Source: Nemertoderma westbladi (lineage: Eukaryota; Animalia; Xenacoelomorpha). Taken from it: 64,000 nt of DNA. Below are positions 12,740 through 26,846 of the stretch, piece after piece. Numbering within the stretch: position 1 is the stretch's first letter; the number at the start of each line of letters is the position of its first letter. Position numbers and translations under genes: made by a program. The stretch is from contig JAUCBJ010005626.1 in NCBI GenBank assembly GCA_032718475.1, positions 1 through 64,000 of the forward strand, given 5' to 3'. The notes under the pieces were generated by a model that did no database searches, had not been told where the DNA came from, and saw nothing but the letters and a program-made list of their open reading frames with translations.

Positions 12740-13022
12740 GTTCCACCTTGATGTAGTGGATGCATTGAATTCACATCTCCCGTAGGTCGTGGGTTCGATC
12801 CTCACATGGGCCAGGGCAGTTTTCGTTTCGGCACGAATGCTTTAAAGGGACCAGCCAGGGCGCATCTCTGCATTGCATCCTAAGTGGTAGCTAAATGAGT
12901 ACTGGGGATTTCTGTGGGCAGTAAAGTTCTGGGGGACCGCACTGGAAATAAGTCGTCAGACTTTGTGCGTAATCCCTGGCCTATCGGCCGAAGAAAATTT
13001 ACTTTTTACTTTACTTTTTACT
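12740..13022 (+). mobile_element. tRNA-derived SINE
   Basis: A-box-like TGATGTAGTGG (~12749) and B-box GGTTCGATCC (~12792), a GC-richer body containing taaatgagtac and ctggaaataag, and a simple-repeat tail (TTTAC)n at ~12998-13022. Confidence 0.8.
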
Positions 13023-13564
13023 TAGAATGCAGACCTTGTTACCACTCATTCTATTATTTATTGCACCAACCCTATTATTTGTTTTTGTTAGTGTTGATAT
13101 AGGTCTGTTACATGAATTATTTTGTAGCACCTTCTTTATTTGGTCATTAATACATTGTCAAACCAACGAAATCAAAATTAATCCCACTCTCCAGGGTAAA
13201 ATAAACCCAAATGACTTTACCATCAATCAGAATATATCTGTAGCCTGTTCTATTGACTTTCGAGGTACTGTAGTAGGGTGTGTGAGCTCAGCCAACATGG
13301 AAATTTCTGCATTTGGTCCAAAAAATACATTTTATTAGATGATGGAAATATTGTATAACTGCGTAGGTAGAAAAGGATGTAGGGCCTACAAATTTTATAA
13401 ATTTATATGGCATGTTACTTTATGGCGAGTGAGAATTGTTGTTACAACGTGTGGGATTCCAGTAGCATCCATAGGATACAGCATATGGAGGTAAGCCCGT
13501 TGCTGGTACACCAGGTACAGGCCAACCACCATTTACTTTCATTTTACTGTCTATCTGCATTATG

Positions 13565-14175
13565 GTAATAAATAATTATTGCTGCATGAAATAATTATTG
13601 CGGCAATAAATGAATATTTCTTCATTAAATAATTATTGCAGTAATAAATAATTACTGTTGAAAAATAATTGTTGCTGCATTAAATAATTATTGCGGTAAT
13701 AAATAATTATAGTTGCAATAAATCAGTATTGCTGCAATAAATAATAATTGCTTCAATAAATAATCACTGCTTTAATAAATAATCACTGCTGCAATAAGTA
13801 AATACTCGTGCAATACATACTTATTGCCGCAATAATAATTATTGCTGAAATAAATAATTATTTCTGCAATAAATAATTATTGTTGCTATGTACATAATTA
13901 TTGCGGCAATAAATATATATTTATTGCTGCAATAAATAATTATTTCTACTATATACTTAATTATTGCGGCAACAAATAATTACTGCTGCGATAAACAATT
14001 ATTGCTGCGATAAACAATTATTGCTGCGATAAACAATTATTGCTGCAATAAATAATTATTGCCGCAATAAATAATTATTGGCGCAATAAATAATTATTGC
14101 TACAATAAATAATTAATGCTGCTATATAAATAAATACTCCTTTAATAAATAATCATTGCTGCAATAAATAATTGC
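13565..14175. repeat. 19-bp tandem array (AATAAATAATTATTGCTGC)n, left part
   Basis: About 30 degenerate copies, each quasi-palindromic (GCAATAA-ATAA-TTATTGC). The array resumes at 18355-18640. Confidence 0.92.
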
Positions 14176-14185
14176 TGGTGTAATA

Positions 14186-17100
14186 CTGCCGTGTTAAGGC
14201 TAAACACCCTATCTCAAAAAATCTCAAATTTTTTTTATTTTAGAAATCTACATACAATTTTGCGCTCTATCTAACAGTAGGGCTGAATAGGCACAATAGG
14301 GCTGTTTCAGAGCGCAAAATAGAGTTTTCAGGTGGCAAAATACTCTACAAAACACCTATTTGTCCTTTATGTTAAGGCAAAACACCCTATCGCCAGCTGG
14401 ACAGATAGGGTATATTGCATAAAAATATTTGGGCATTCTACAATACCCTATATCAATATTTTTGAGATAGGGTCTTTACTTCTTAATAATATTGTGAACG
14501 GAGTCATATAGGAAAGAATAAGGACGCCGCCGTCAATGCCATAATAATAGCTATAGTTAACATAGGCAAGACAATTAATATAAAATTAGATGAGACAAAG
14601 TCTGGAGCACTACTGGGAGGAAATTTTAAAGATTCCTGTTTACAGCTGTAGATAGGGTATTTCTCTAGCTAGGCACGGAACAGCTTTCATTTCAATTATG
14701 GCATTAGGCCTATAATAATATTTATATTATATGGATCTATAAGATGATGAACCATTGCCATTCTTTGGGTTTGAATTACCGGAAGCGGAATGTTGTTGTA
14801 AGAACTCAATGACGAGAAAGATAAATGCACCAATAATGTCTTCATACATACAAAGTTTATCCAAAGCGACAGGAGAGGAGGAGGAGTGTGTCGGATGATT
14901 CTGGGAAGAAGGACAGGGACACGGTTGGTGTGTTGGATGATTCTGGGGGGAAGGACAGGGACACGGTCAGTGTGTTGGATGAATCTGAGAGGAAGGACAG
15001 GGACACGGTCAGTGTGTTGGATGAATCTGAGAGGAAGGACAGGGACCCGTCGGTGTGTTGGATGATTCTGGGAGGAAGGACAGGGACACGGTCGGTGTGT
15101 TGGATGAATCTGAGAGGAAGGACAGGGACCCGTCGGTGTGTTGGATGATTCTGGGAGGAAGGACAGGGACCTGTCGGTGTGTTGGATGATTCTGGGAGGA
15201 AGGACAGGGACACGGTTGGTGTGTTGGATGATTCTGGGAGGAAGGACAGGGACCCGGTCGGTGTGTTGGATGATTCTGGGAGGAAGGACAGGGACACGGT
15301 CAGTGTGTCGGATGATTCTGGGGGGAAGGACGATGGCATGCTCGGTGTGTCGGGTAATTCTGGGAGGAAGAACAGGGACGCGTTCGGTGTGTTGGATGGC
15401 ATTGGGAGGAAGGACAGGGACACGGTCGGTGTGTTTTATGATACTGGGAGGAAGGACATGGACATGATCGTTGTGTTGGGTGATACTGGGAGGAAGGACA
15501 GGGACATGGTCGGTGTGTTGGATGATACTGGGAGGAAAGACAGGGACACGGTCGGTGTGTTGGATGATACTGGGGGGGGGGGGGGAAGGTCAGGGAGCCG
15601 TCGGTGTGTTGGATGATTGTGGGAGGAAGGGCATGGACACGGTCAGTGTGTTGGATGATTCTGGGAGGAAGGTCAGGGACCCGTCGGTGAGTTGGATGTT
15701 TCTGGGAGGAAGGACAGGGACACGGTCGGTGCGTTGGATGATACTGAGAGGAAGGACAGGGACACGGTCGGTGTGTTGGATGATACTAGGAGAAGGACCA
15801 GGACACGGTCGGAGTGTTGGATGATACTGGGAGGAAGTACAGGGACACCTGTTTACAGCTGTAGATAGGGTATTTCTCTAGCTAGGCACGGAACAGCTTT
15901 CATTTCAATTATTGCATTAGGCCTATAATATATTTATATTATGGATCTATAAGATGATGGACCATTGCCATTCTTTGGGTTTGAATTACCGGAAGCGGAA
16001 TGTTGTTGTAAGAATTCAATGACGAGAAAGATAAATGCACCAATAATGCCTTCATACATACAAAGTTTATCCAAAGCGACAGGAGAGGAGGAGGAGTGTG
16101 TCGGATGATTCTGGGAAGAAGTACAGGGACACGGTTGGTGTGTTGGATGATTCTGGGGGGAAGGACAGGGACACGGTCAGTGTGTTGGATGAATCTGAGA
16201 GGAAGGACAGGGACCCGTCGGTGTGTTGGATGATTCTGGGAGGAAGGACAGGGACCTGTCGGTGTGTTGGATGATTCTGGGAGGAAGGACAGGGACACGG
16301 TTGGTGTGTTGGATGATTCTGGGAGGAAGGACAGGGACCCGGTCGGTGTGTTGGATGATTATGGGAGGAAGGACAGGGACACGGTCAGTGTGTCGGATGA
16401 TTCTGGGGGGAAGGACGATGGCATGCTCGGTGTGTCGGGTGATTCTGGGAGGAAGAACAGGGACGCGTTCGGTGTGTTGGATGGCATTGGGAGGAAGGAC
16501 AGGGACACGGTCGGTGTGTTTTATGATACTGGGAGGAAGGACGACATGATCGTTGTGTTGGATGATACTGGGGGAAGGACAGGGACATGGTCGGTGTGTT
16601 GGATGATACTGGGAGGAAGGACAGGGACACGGTCGGTGTGTTGGATGATTCTGGGGGGGGGGGAGGTCAGGGAGCCGTCGGTGTGTTGGATGATTTTGGG
16701 AGGAAGGACATGGACACGGTCAGTGTGTTGGATGATTCTGGGAGGAAGGTCAGGGACCCGTCGGTGAGTTGGATGATTCTGGGAGGAAGGACAGGGACAC
16801 GGTTGGTGTGTTGGATGATTCTGGGAGGAAGGACAGGGACCCGGTCGGTGTGTTGGATGATTATGGGAGGAAGGACAGGGACACGGTCAGTGTGTCGGAT
16901 GATTCTGGGGGGAAGGACGATGGCATGCTCGGTGTGTCGGGTGATTCTGGGAGGAAGAACAGGGACGCGTTCGGTGTGTTGGATGGCATTGGGAGGAAGG
17001 ACAGGGACACGGTCGGTGTATTTTATGATACTGGGAGGAAGGACGACATGATCGTTGTGTTGGATGATACTGGGGGAAGGACAGGGACATGGTCGGTGTG

Positions 17101-18350
17101 TTGGATGATACTGGGAGGAAGGACAGGGACACGGTCGGTGTGTTGGATGATTCTGGGGGGGGGGGGGGGGAGGTCAGGGAGCCGTCGGTGTGTTGGATGA
17201 TTTTGGGAGGAAGGACATGGACACGGTCAGTGTGTTGGATGATTCTGGGAGGAAGGTCAGGGACCCGTCGGTGAGTTGGATGATTCTGGGAGGAAGTACA
17301 GGGACACGGTTGGTGTGTTGGATGATTCTGAGGGGAAGGACATGGACACGGTCAGTGTGTTGGATGATTCTGGGAGGAAGGTCAGGGACCCGTCGGTGAG
17401 TTGGATGATTCTGGGAGGAAGGACAGGGACACGGTCGGTGCGTTGGATGATACTGAGAGGAAGGATACGGATACGGTCGGAGTGTTGGATGATACTGGGA
17501 GGAAGGACAGGGACACAGTCGGTGTGTTGGATGATTCTGGGAGGGAGGACAGGGACACGGTCGGTGTGTTAGATGATTCGGGGGGGGGAAGGTCAGGGAC
17601 ACTGTCGGTGTGTTGGATGATTCTGGGGGGAAAAGAACAGGGACACGGTTGGTGTTTTGGATGATTCTGGGGGGGAAGGTCAAGGATCCGTCGGTGTGTT
17701 GGGTGATTCTGGGAGGAAGGACAGGGACACGGTCGGTGTGTTGGATGATTCTGGGAGGAAGGACATGGACACGGTCGGTGTGTTGGATGACACTGGGAGG
17801 AAGGACAGGAACATGGTCGGTGTGTTCGATGAAGGTTCAAGTGACATTAAAGATGCATCAGATGAGATTTCGTGTAGTGATTGGGATGTTGAGAGTTTGA
17901 GTGCTCAAAAATGTTTACATAGTTTATTTCGAAATGGTAATTTTGATATTGACAATGACAATTTGATAGAAGAACTCGATATTGTCATTGAACCTGCCGA
18001 ATTAACATATTAAAATATTTTTTATTTGAAAATAATTATAACTACAGAAATGTCAGAATAGAGAATACCCTATATTAAAAAAAGTACCCTATATACGAGA
18101 TAGGGTAAATCCCTAATTGAATAATTAACTAAATGTTTTGGTAAAACACCCCATCTTGATTTTCTGCGCCATCTAGTGTCCAAAGTTCTTATCGGCACAT
18201 GCCATAAAAATTATGCGCATTTTTTCTACATAGGGGACCATTACGGAGTTATATTAACATTGTTCCTAGCGTGGACAATCAATCAAACTAAATCGCTTTT
18301 TTCTTAAAATGACATTTTTCGAGATAGGGTAATTAGCCTTAGCACAGCAG
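14186..18350. mobile_element. Sola1-like non-autonomous DNA transposon carrying a 42-bp minisatellite
   Basis: TIR CTGCCGTGTTAAGGCTAAACACCCTATCTC versus CTGCTGTGCTAAGGCTAATTACCCTATCTC. 4-bp TSD AATA at 14182-14185 and 18351-18354. Multiple internal gataggg/ccctatc subterminal motifs. Confidence 0.82.
14886..17830 (+). repeat. 42-bp G-rich minisatellite (gtgttggatgattctgggaggaaggacagggacacggtcggt)n with higher-order duplications
   Basis: Dozens of 41-42-bp units. A unique head is duplicated at 14635 and 15848 (1213-bp period). A 502-bp block is duplicated (near-identical ORFs at 16385 and 16887). Confidence 0.95.
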
Positions 18351-18354
18351 AATA

Positions 18355-18640
18355 CATAATTATTGCCGCAATAATTAATTATTGCTACAATAAATAATTA
18401 TTGCTGCAATATATAATTATTGCTGCAATAAATAATTATTGCTGCAATAAATAATTATTGCTGCTATATAAATAATCACTGCTTTAATAAATAATAATTG
18501 GTACTATAAATAATTATTGCTGCAATAAATCATTATTACTGCAATGAATCATTATTGCTGCAATAAATAATTATTGCTATAATAAATAATTACTGCTACA
18601 TTAAATAATTATTTCTGCATTAAATAATTATTGCGACAAT
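18355..18640. repeat. 19-bp tandem array, right part
   Basis: Same unit as 13565-14175, split from it by the 14186-18350 insertion. Confidence 0.92.
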
Positions 18641-21204
18641 AAACAATAAACATATAAGTGAATTTAGCGCCCATGCGAGGAATGTCAGGATTTTACTTTT
18701 CGGTCGAAATTTTATTGGAATTTTATATATATGAAGAATTTGTATTTTATTCAAATTTCTGCTTAATCCTAATAAATGTTTTATAGTGCTTATTTCTATC
18801 TTATAACCTATACGGATACTAATTCGTTTATTGTTTTGGTTTAGATTCTGCCCTTCTATAACCTCGGTTTACAGTGACAACCCGGTATTCTTAATATGGA
18901 GGGTATAGTGCAATTGTGCAAAGTAAAATATAACAGCAGAAATTCAGAAATACTTCAATGGGCCGCAACTGTATTTATTGCTCCAATAACAATAGAACAT
19001 CATTAAATGAGAACATCATTTTAAATGAGGTTCTATTTAAATACTTATTAATTATTATTTAAATATTTTCATGAGTGAATTAGTTATTTTCTTATTTCGA
19101 AGCACAGCAATAATTGTTCTGGTTGTAGTAATCATTTTAAGACACCATGACTCTCCCTTCAACTAATTATTCCCTATTATGTTACATGCACACTTATTAT
19201 ATTTGCATAAATGAGAGGCTGCGTGAGATGTGCCAAATTCCAACAATAATGATTGCATAAGCCTAATCCAAAGCCCCAAAGGCCATTGTCCCTAATTTCT
19301 TAGATGGTATGGTCATGTTTTAACGTACAGCCTTAATAGTATAATGAGAATACCCCTCATCAACCATTCAGGCTGGCTGTCATTAAGCAAAGGTTCCTTC
19401 CCAGGCACATTATTAGGATGTGGTGATAGGAGAAGGCCCAATTTTCCATTCAAACCAAGTGTTTTGTCATTGGCAGATGATAGAGCAGGGATTATGTTAG
19501 GATGAATAATACTTCAGTAGGATTGGTTGTCATGTTGTAATGGGATGACCAGTGGAAAGTTGTGGAAAAAATGTACCCATACCCAATACAATTGAAGCTT
19601 GATTGAAGTTAAGTTCAGTTATTTGTATTTTTATCATATAAAATGTTCCTGGTAGTTTAATTATAATTCCAAAATTCTATCATCCATAGCAAATATTTGT
19701 TTATAAAAAGTATAATGTATTTTGATTACTTTACCAGGTACTTAGTATACTATAAGCTATATGAAATTCCACCAGTTTAATCTGAAAATTCATAAAAATT
19801 GAAGAAAATCATATTTCAATCAGATTGATTTGACTGAAAATATATAGTCTAAAGCAAAATAATTTACTGTTTATAATTTTTATGGATTATATGATTTTAT
19901 TATGATTATACTGATTACCTATGGATATATAGATGACATAATTTTGATGGCATGGTCCAAAAACTTGGAGCTTATTATCACTTTCAATTTCATGTTTCTT
20001 TCATCATGGATTTGATAACAAGGTAAATATTGCTAGGATTTTTTCTAAATTTGGTGAAATCAAAATTATTCATCCCCAGGCACATTATTATTGGCAGTAG
20101 TGGCAGTGGTAGCCTGTTACCTGTTAGCAATTGTTAATAAGATAAGAGAAGGCGGCCCAAGCTGGCATTCAATCCAAGTCTTTTATCATTGGCCAATGTT
20201 AGAGAAAGGATTATTTTAGGATAAATAATACAGTAGTTCTATAGGAGGATTGGTTATCATGTTGTAATGGTGTGACCAGTGGAAAGTTGTGGAAAAATGT
20301 ATTGTGGGAGGGGTGGGGACTCCTGTGTTTGAAGTACCCAACCCATACCCAATACAATTGAAGTTTGATTCAAGTTAAGTTATGTGTATTTTTCTCATAT
20401 TTAATGTTCCTGGTGGTGTAATTATAATTCATGAATTCTATCGTGTGAATATTTGTAAATAAATAGTATAGTATATTTTGATTACTTTACCAGTTATTAG
20501 TACACTATATATGCTAGCCCTATATGAAATTCTACTATGATAAGGTTTAATTGGAAAATTCATCCAAATTGAAGTTGATTCATCCACATTACTATGTAAT
20601 AGTTTCCTATGGATGGAGAATTATCCAATGTGATTTGGGAGATTAGGGGGGCAGTAAAACTGCATGGCACATCTGCAGACAGGTAGAACTACATAAAGTG
20701 CAGTGATTTAAAGAGTGCAGGTACCACTACTATGGAATGCCAATAGCGCCATAATGTTAATACCAACTAATAGTTGGTAGGTACTTTTTTATTTAGTTGG
20801 TAGGTACTTTTGTCCTATTGGTTAAATAGATGATAGGTACCTTTTTTTCCTATCGACTCAATACATATAATTGTGCTATTATGTAGGTAGTCCTATATAT
20901 ATATATATATATGGGCCATGGCCGGTTTAATAATAATAATAATAATAATACATGCCTGGTTAGACTTTGACTAATTAATGTGACTACTGTAAGTTTGACT
21001 CACTGGCACATGGTTGGACAACTGGCAGGCACTCCGTTCGTTACACTTACTGGCATCTGGTTGACTAACTACTGCCCCCCAAAAATAAGGTATATTACAC
21101 TAATAAATTTACAACGAAGGACAGACTGACATGATGGTTTTCAAAATCAGTGAATGTTTGCTCCCATTATTATTTCCGCTGGTATACTGCTAGTTCCATA
21201 TAGC

Positions 21205-22183
21205 AGATGGGGGGGGGGGGGGGGGGGGGGGGCGACTAGACGTAAATCCCATATCGGCAAATTATTTTTTTCTCACCTCAGTGTGTAATTATTCAATATG
21301 AAATGCCTCAAGGAACAGGTTACAGTGGTACAGTACAGGCCACCAGAAAACGCAGATTTGTACAATTGTGAACACATTTTATCAAATGTGTACCAGTGTA
21401 ATGTAATGTTGTTGAACGGGACAATTGAACATAATTGAACATAATTGAATTGGCAACAACCAAAATTTTTTCGCCAAAGGATACAATTGAATACTTTTGA
21501 AACGCTTAGTAATCTGGAAACTCTCTGTAGTTTGCCGCAAACTGTCACTCACTGCAGCTGGAAATGCGATAAGGATTTTGTTTACCTTTATAGTGTGCGG
21601 TTAATAGTGTCTAGTAGGCAGGCCTATAGTTAGTGATGTTAAGCCATCTTCTGGTGTTTCTCTGTGCCCTCTCGGTGTCAGACTAATGGCGCGACATCTC
21701 CCTGCACTAAATTAATTATTCAATGGTCTAGGCTCCTCCATCCATATACCCATCCACTCCGATACACTCCATGAACCTCCATGTGGTCTTGTATGTAGTT
21801 CTCTCTCTACCAATACAGCCCATGTTCGCAATGTTACGCCCTGTGGGCTCTCTCATCTACCTGATATCAGACATACAGGCGCACCACACACTAAACCTTT
21901 GTCGGTCCCAGCAAGTTAGCTAGATAACTCGCCATAACCTGCCAATCAGATGACTTGAACAAATGTGTTCACATGTGATCACATTGGATGAAATCTGCTT
22001 TTTCTGGTGGCCTGTACTGTATGTTATTCTAACCAAAATAATAAACGAAAGTCAATAGAACATGTTTAAAGTTTTATTTTTGGGTCTAATCAGTTGTTTT
22101 TGCATTGATTTTCCCCTGGAGTGGGATAGATTTTGTTTTCATATAAAGCCCCCCCCCCCCCCCCCCACACCCACCCCCTATCT
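21205..22183. mobile_element. Mutator-like MITE (same family as 53240-53500) interrupted by a Tc1/mariner MITE
   Basis: Termini AGATGGGG / CCCCCTATCT, with flanking ccatatagc / gcatatagc as an approximately 9-bp TSD. Confidence 0.78.
21331..22019. mobile_element. Tc1/mariner-type MITE
   Basis: TIR CAGTACAGGCCACCAGAAAA / TTTTCTGGTGGCCTGTACTG with a TA TSD. The sister host copy at ~53335 lacks the insert. Confidence 0.9.
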
Positions 22184-23659
22184 GCATATAGCAACCTAGT
22201 CCAGGATTCTGCAATGTTTAATCAACAGGATTCTGGAATAGGGGTCTAATGAAATTATCAGTTGGCTGCTGAGTTACTTGTGCCAGCTGCCACTCATCCT
22301 GCACCTGTATTGCTTATTTGCCAGAGGTAGTGGTAATCGCACCCTTTAAATGCTTGCTTTGCATCATTGCATGCATGTCTGCATGTTTTACTGATTCATT
22401 TAAAATCATATATGGATAATTCTCTATAGGAATCAACTATATATACATGTTTTTTGTTCATATATTTGTTTCCATTCCTTACCTCAATGACTGACCCCAT
22501 ATTCAATTTTTGTTGGTAAGTGGACTATGTAACCATTATTTACTTATTGTTTCTCCATTTGTAACTACAGCAACAGTATGAAATTTGAAGTAGAGATAGT
22601 TTCACCTCCCTCCTCCTTATTGGTTGAGCCAAAATTTTATTCTCGCTTTCAATCTTTAGCTACAAGCGTTTAAAAAAGGTGTTCCAGCGATATTGCGCTA
22701 GTCGGTAGTCTTCTACCTTATAGCATAGCTGTTTGTTGGCAGCAATGGAAAGCTGGCCATGCAAGGATTCCAAATTATGTAAAAAAAATTGAATTTGGTT
22801 GGGATATGGGTGAATGGGTTATGGCTTTCGAATGTTGCATGGTGCATGGTTTTCTGCGGTTAGTATTTAGATCTTGAGGTTGGCAGAAGTATTCAGCTAT
22901 GAATAATACCTGGTTTTCAAGATCAAATATGCATGTCAGGCAGACATTGATGATTGAATGCCAATTCATAAATCAAATAAATTTCACAAACCAGCACAGA
23001 ATGCTTGGGGGAATAATCAGCGAAGTTAAAAATACATTTTGTTGATTGGAATAATTTTACAAAAGAGTTGTTCTAGAACACATTTTTTTCTCCTAGGACC
23101 TTTTTTTGGGAAAAAAAATTAAATAGTACAGGAATCACCAATCCTTATTAAAAAAATTTTCATTTAAATGATTAGTCCTCTTAGTAACTACTGTATTTTT
23201 AATCTAAAACTTATAACACACAAACACACAGTTATATTTGATGTTCTAAATAGGTTAATAGCCTAAATTAAATACAGTAGGTGTAATAATCCATTAGCTT
23301 CCATTAATAGAATAGTATATTGAATCTTAATTGTCTGCGTGTCTTTAATTTTTTTTTAATATCTTATGAAAAGTACTAGCTGACACAAAATCAAAATTAC
23401 TAGTTACCATCTTACTGACAGAAGTCAAATATTTATTCTAGAACAAACAACCTCATGATAATAGCCATTTTCATATGAAAAATTGGTCAAACTATGGGTT
23501 CCCAAGGTGTACTAATGCCGACTTATCAAAACTATCTAGTAGTTACAATTTGGTATGGGGTGTACGGTGTACGCATACTGAACCAGAGCATAATTTTATA
23601 TCTTAACATTGTATAACAATTTTTAAAAAGTTAAATAATGAACTGTTAAAATTTTCAGA

Positions 23660-25650
23660 TTGATCAGACAAAAACTGCCCAGTTGGTTAGACAACAAATG
23701 GATTGATCGAGGTTCACTTTATGAAGAACAATATCACCAACATCCTCCATTTTCATATTTTTGTGACTTCTTACATCGTATCTCTCATAGTAAAAATAAC
23801 CCAAACTACAAACCAATTATAGATGAATATGACCAACTCGAACCCAGATTAGACCATCTCCACAACTATAACAAGGGAAATTATATTTCAACTCAAGTTT
23901 CTCGACATCATTATAATGGAAATAATAATCAATTGGATTTTCCAACGAGACGCTTTAATACTTATCAACCACCGCATAACACTAACCAATCCAACATACA
24001 TTCAAGATATACAACTCATTGCATTTTTCATAGTCGTTCAGGACACAGTCTCAATGAATGTCACGATTTCAACCAAATGGCACATCGATAAAAAATAGCA
24101 TTCCTTAGAAGCGAAAATCTTTGTTTCAAATGCACAGGAAAACATTCTTCAGGGTCACAATGTAGACTAACAAGACAATGCAAGAAAGGTAAATCAACTG
24201 ACCATGCTGTATGTCCGGGTGACACCGTAAAATTGAACACTACTTCTCGCACAACTGCAAGAAATTATCCCCAAAATTCAAATGAATTGAATCAAAACTA
24301 CAATACCTCTTGCATACAAATTCGTGGCAATAACTTTAAAAGTTGCAGCAAGGTATTTTTAGTGGATGTGGAATGTGGAATCTCCAACAACATATAAGGG
24401 TTCTATAAGAACATGTGCCATACTTGATGAACAGTCCAATTCTTCCTTCATAGATACACAGCTGGCTCAAGACCTTGAAATAAAATCGCCTCTCCATACA
24501 TATACTGTATCCACACTAGGACATCATAAACAACAATTAGAAGGAATGATGGCCACTGGTCTCATAATTAAAGGAATTACAGAAACTAGAAAATTTCAAT
24601 TACCACCACTGTACATATAGTGTCGACTGGATTCCTGACTCTATTAGTGAAATCGCTACACCCGAGATTGTTGCAAAAATTTCAAGTGTGAAGGAATATG
24701 CTCATCATTTCCCTCCGCTTGATAATCAGGCAAAGACTCTGTTGCTTCTTGGCCGTAATTGCCACTCCCTCCTCCCTACCCACACATTCAATGAAGTTTC
24801 TCCAATTATACACCACACCCCACTAGGTTGGGGTTTGGTCGGAGAAATATGCTCCTTTATCTCTGATAACCTTACTGTTTTAAAGGTCAGAAAATTGAAA
24901 ACAAACTATGATGATTGTAGGCATAATCATTTAACTTCATCTCTTACATTTGACAATCCTTCAAGTCGATCTCATGATACCTTGGAGTCATTGGAAAATG
25001 ATATTCGAAAGAACTGTTTCGCGCAATTTCCAGATGATGACTTCCAAGGAAACTCAGTTGAAGATATACTCTTTAATCAATGCATTTTTAACCACATCAC
25101 TGTTACAAAAACAGGTCATATAGAAATGCCTTGCCTTTTCGAATGTCTGATCAAGTAATGCCTGATAATTACAATTCAGTATACAGACGGACATTTAACA
25201 CTCTGAAACGACTCAAACAGGAACCTAAAAAACTACAACAATGTTTGGATTCAATGTCTAAGTGTATTGCAGCTGGAAAATTTGAGCAGGTCCCTATTCA
25301 CAAAATCGACCGTTTGGATGGTAAGGTATGGTACATTCCTATACTTACCATCAGCCATGACAAAAAAGATAAAGTCAGAATAGTTTTTGATAGCACAGCC
25401 TCCTACCATGGAACAAGCCTAAATGCATGTCTCCTACCCGGACATGATCAGAACAATCGACTTCGGGACGTATTTATTTTATTTAGTTTATTTATTTATG
25501 GGAGACATAGAAGCCATGTTTCACTGTTTCAAAGTGGAAAAGTCACAAGATTACCTACGATTTTCCAAGTTTCGAAATAACAAACCCATAGAACCACTAG
25601 TACCATATCGAGGCACAGTACATATATTTGGAAAACGACCAAGCCTTTTA
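23660..25650 (+). mobile_element. BEL/Pao LTR-retrotransposon gag-protease-RT fragment (frameshifted, no LTRs seen)
   Basis: Zinc knuckles CIFHSRSGHSLNEC and LCFKCTGKHSSGSQC, protease AILDEQSNSSFI, LLLLGRN, HTPLGW, and RT start VWYIP..KVRIVFDSTASYHGTSLN, GDIEAMFH, VHIFG. Confidence 0.88.
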
Positions 25651-25661
25651 TTAGTCATTTC

Positions 25662-26335
25662 GGCTAGAGTTCCGTATATAACTGCATTTTTAAAACATGT
25701 CATGTTACTATGGCAACATTGAAGAGTTCTAGATCAATATAAAAGTATTACACACTATTCTAGAACATAAATAAAATGAATAATATAATGTTCTAGAACA
25801 CATTGCTAGTTTTTTTTACATTTTAAAATAGCTAGTAAATTTAAAAAAATATCCAATTTGGTAGATAAATTTTCTAATAAATAAATATACAATATGAATA
25901 AATAATTTTTTTTGTATTACTTTTTTGTATTAATATATTTAAATTTGAAAAATAACTAGCAATATGTTCTAGAAGATTATACAGTATTATTTGTATTATT
26001 TATGCTCTAGAATAGTGTATAATACATATAATATTACATAAATAAGATAAAAAATAATAATGCTCAAAAACATATAGCAAGTTTTTTTAATTTTAAAATA
26101 GCTAGTATATTTAACAAATAATGCAATTTGGTGCCGGTAGATAAATTTTTTAATAATAATATAAATAAATAATTTTTTTATTACTAGCTATTTGTTTTAG
26201 AACAATAATTTTTTTATTTTATTTTTGTTCTAGAATAGTGTATATTACATATTTTTTGTTCTAGAACTCTACACTGTTGCCATGGTAACAATGATTTATG
26301 GTTATAAAAATGCAGTTCTATACGGAACTGTTACC
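25662..26335. mobile_element. Merlin-like MITE
   Basis: TIR GG(CTAG/TAAC)AGTTCCGTATA-AACTGCATTTTTA. Perfect 8-bp TSD GTCATTTC at 25654-25661 and 26336-26343. Rich in ttctagaac motifs. Confidence 0.82.
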
Positions 26336-26787
26336 GTCATTTCTAGAATATATTGATGATATGGAAATTGTAAAATTATTGATTGTATTTTGTATTTAGT
26401 ACTTACTGTCTTTCACTAATTTCCAGGTATGGTATTTGTTTTTGCTTTGATAATGATTATTGTTAAATAAATCGAAACATCAGCTGTTTTTTAGAATCTT
26501 GATTTCTCAAATCATGAAGTTTAAGTTATTTGCGCTTTTTATTGTTGCCTTAAAAATACTAGGTAGTAAAAAAACACTAGCTACCATAAAAAACATATCT
26601 ACTTATTTTCTAGAACATTTTCTAGAACAGAAATAAAACATGCTAGAATCAATTTATAATGTATTTCCAAGTGTAAAATTTGCATTAGAAAAAATCTCAT
26701 TTTGGGACCCTTTTGCTTGACAAGTGCCCACTAGCTACCATTTGAAAACATTAACTACAACTGAAAACATTAGCTACCACCAAACTT

Positions 26788-26809
26788 GGTACCACTGAGT
26801 TTTGTGCAT

Positions 26810-26846
<37 letters not shown>

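Noticed and set aside
12184-12746. 142-aa and 136-aa ORFs
   Set aside because: By-products of a GC-rich MITE, with no recognisable domain or supporting splice structure.
12745-12810. tRNA gene
   Set aside because: A and B boxes are present but there is no convincing cloverleaf or poly-T terminator. It continues into a SINE body and tail.
14857-17900. Many overlapping ORFs on both strands (DDSGRKDRDTVGVL / SVCWMILGGRTGTR repeats) as host genes or a CRISPR array
   Set aside because: They are translations of a stop-poor 42-bp minisatellite with frequent 41-bp units. There are no unique spacers and no cas genes.
23652-23662. Splice acceptor (ttttcag) suggesting exonisation of the BEL/Pao gag into the downstream gene
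   Set aside because: The gag frame has a stop at 24089-24091, no phase-compatible donor was identified, and such words are common in AT-rich DNA.
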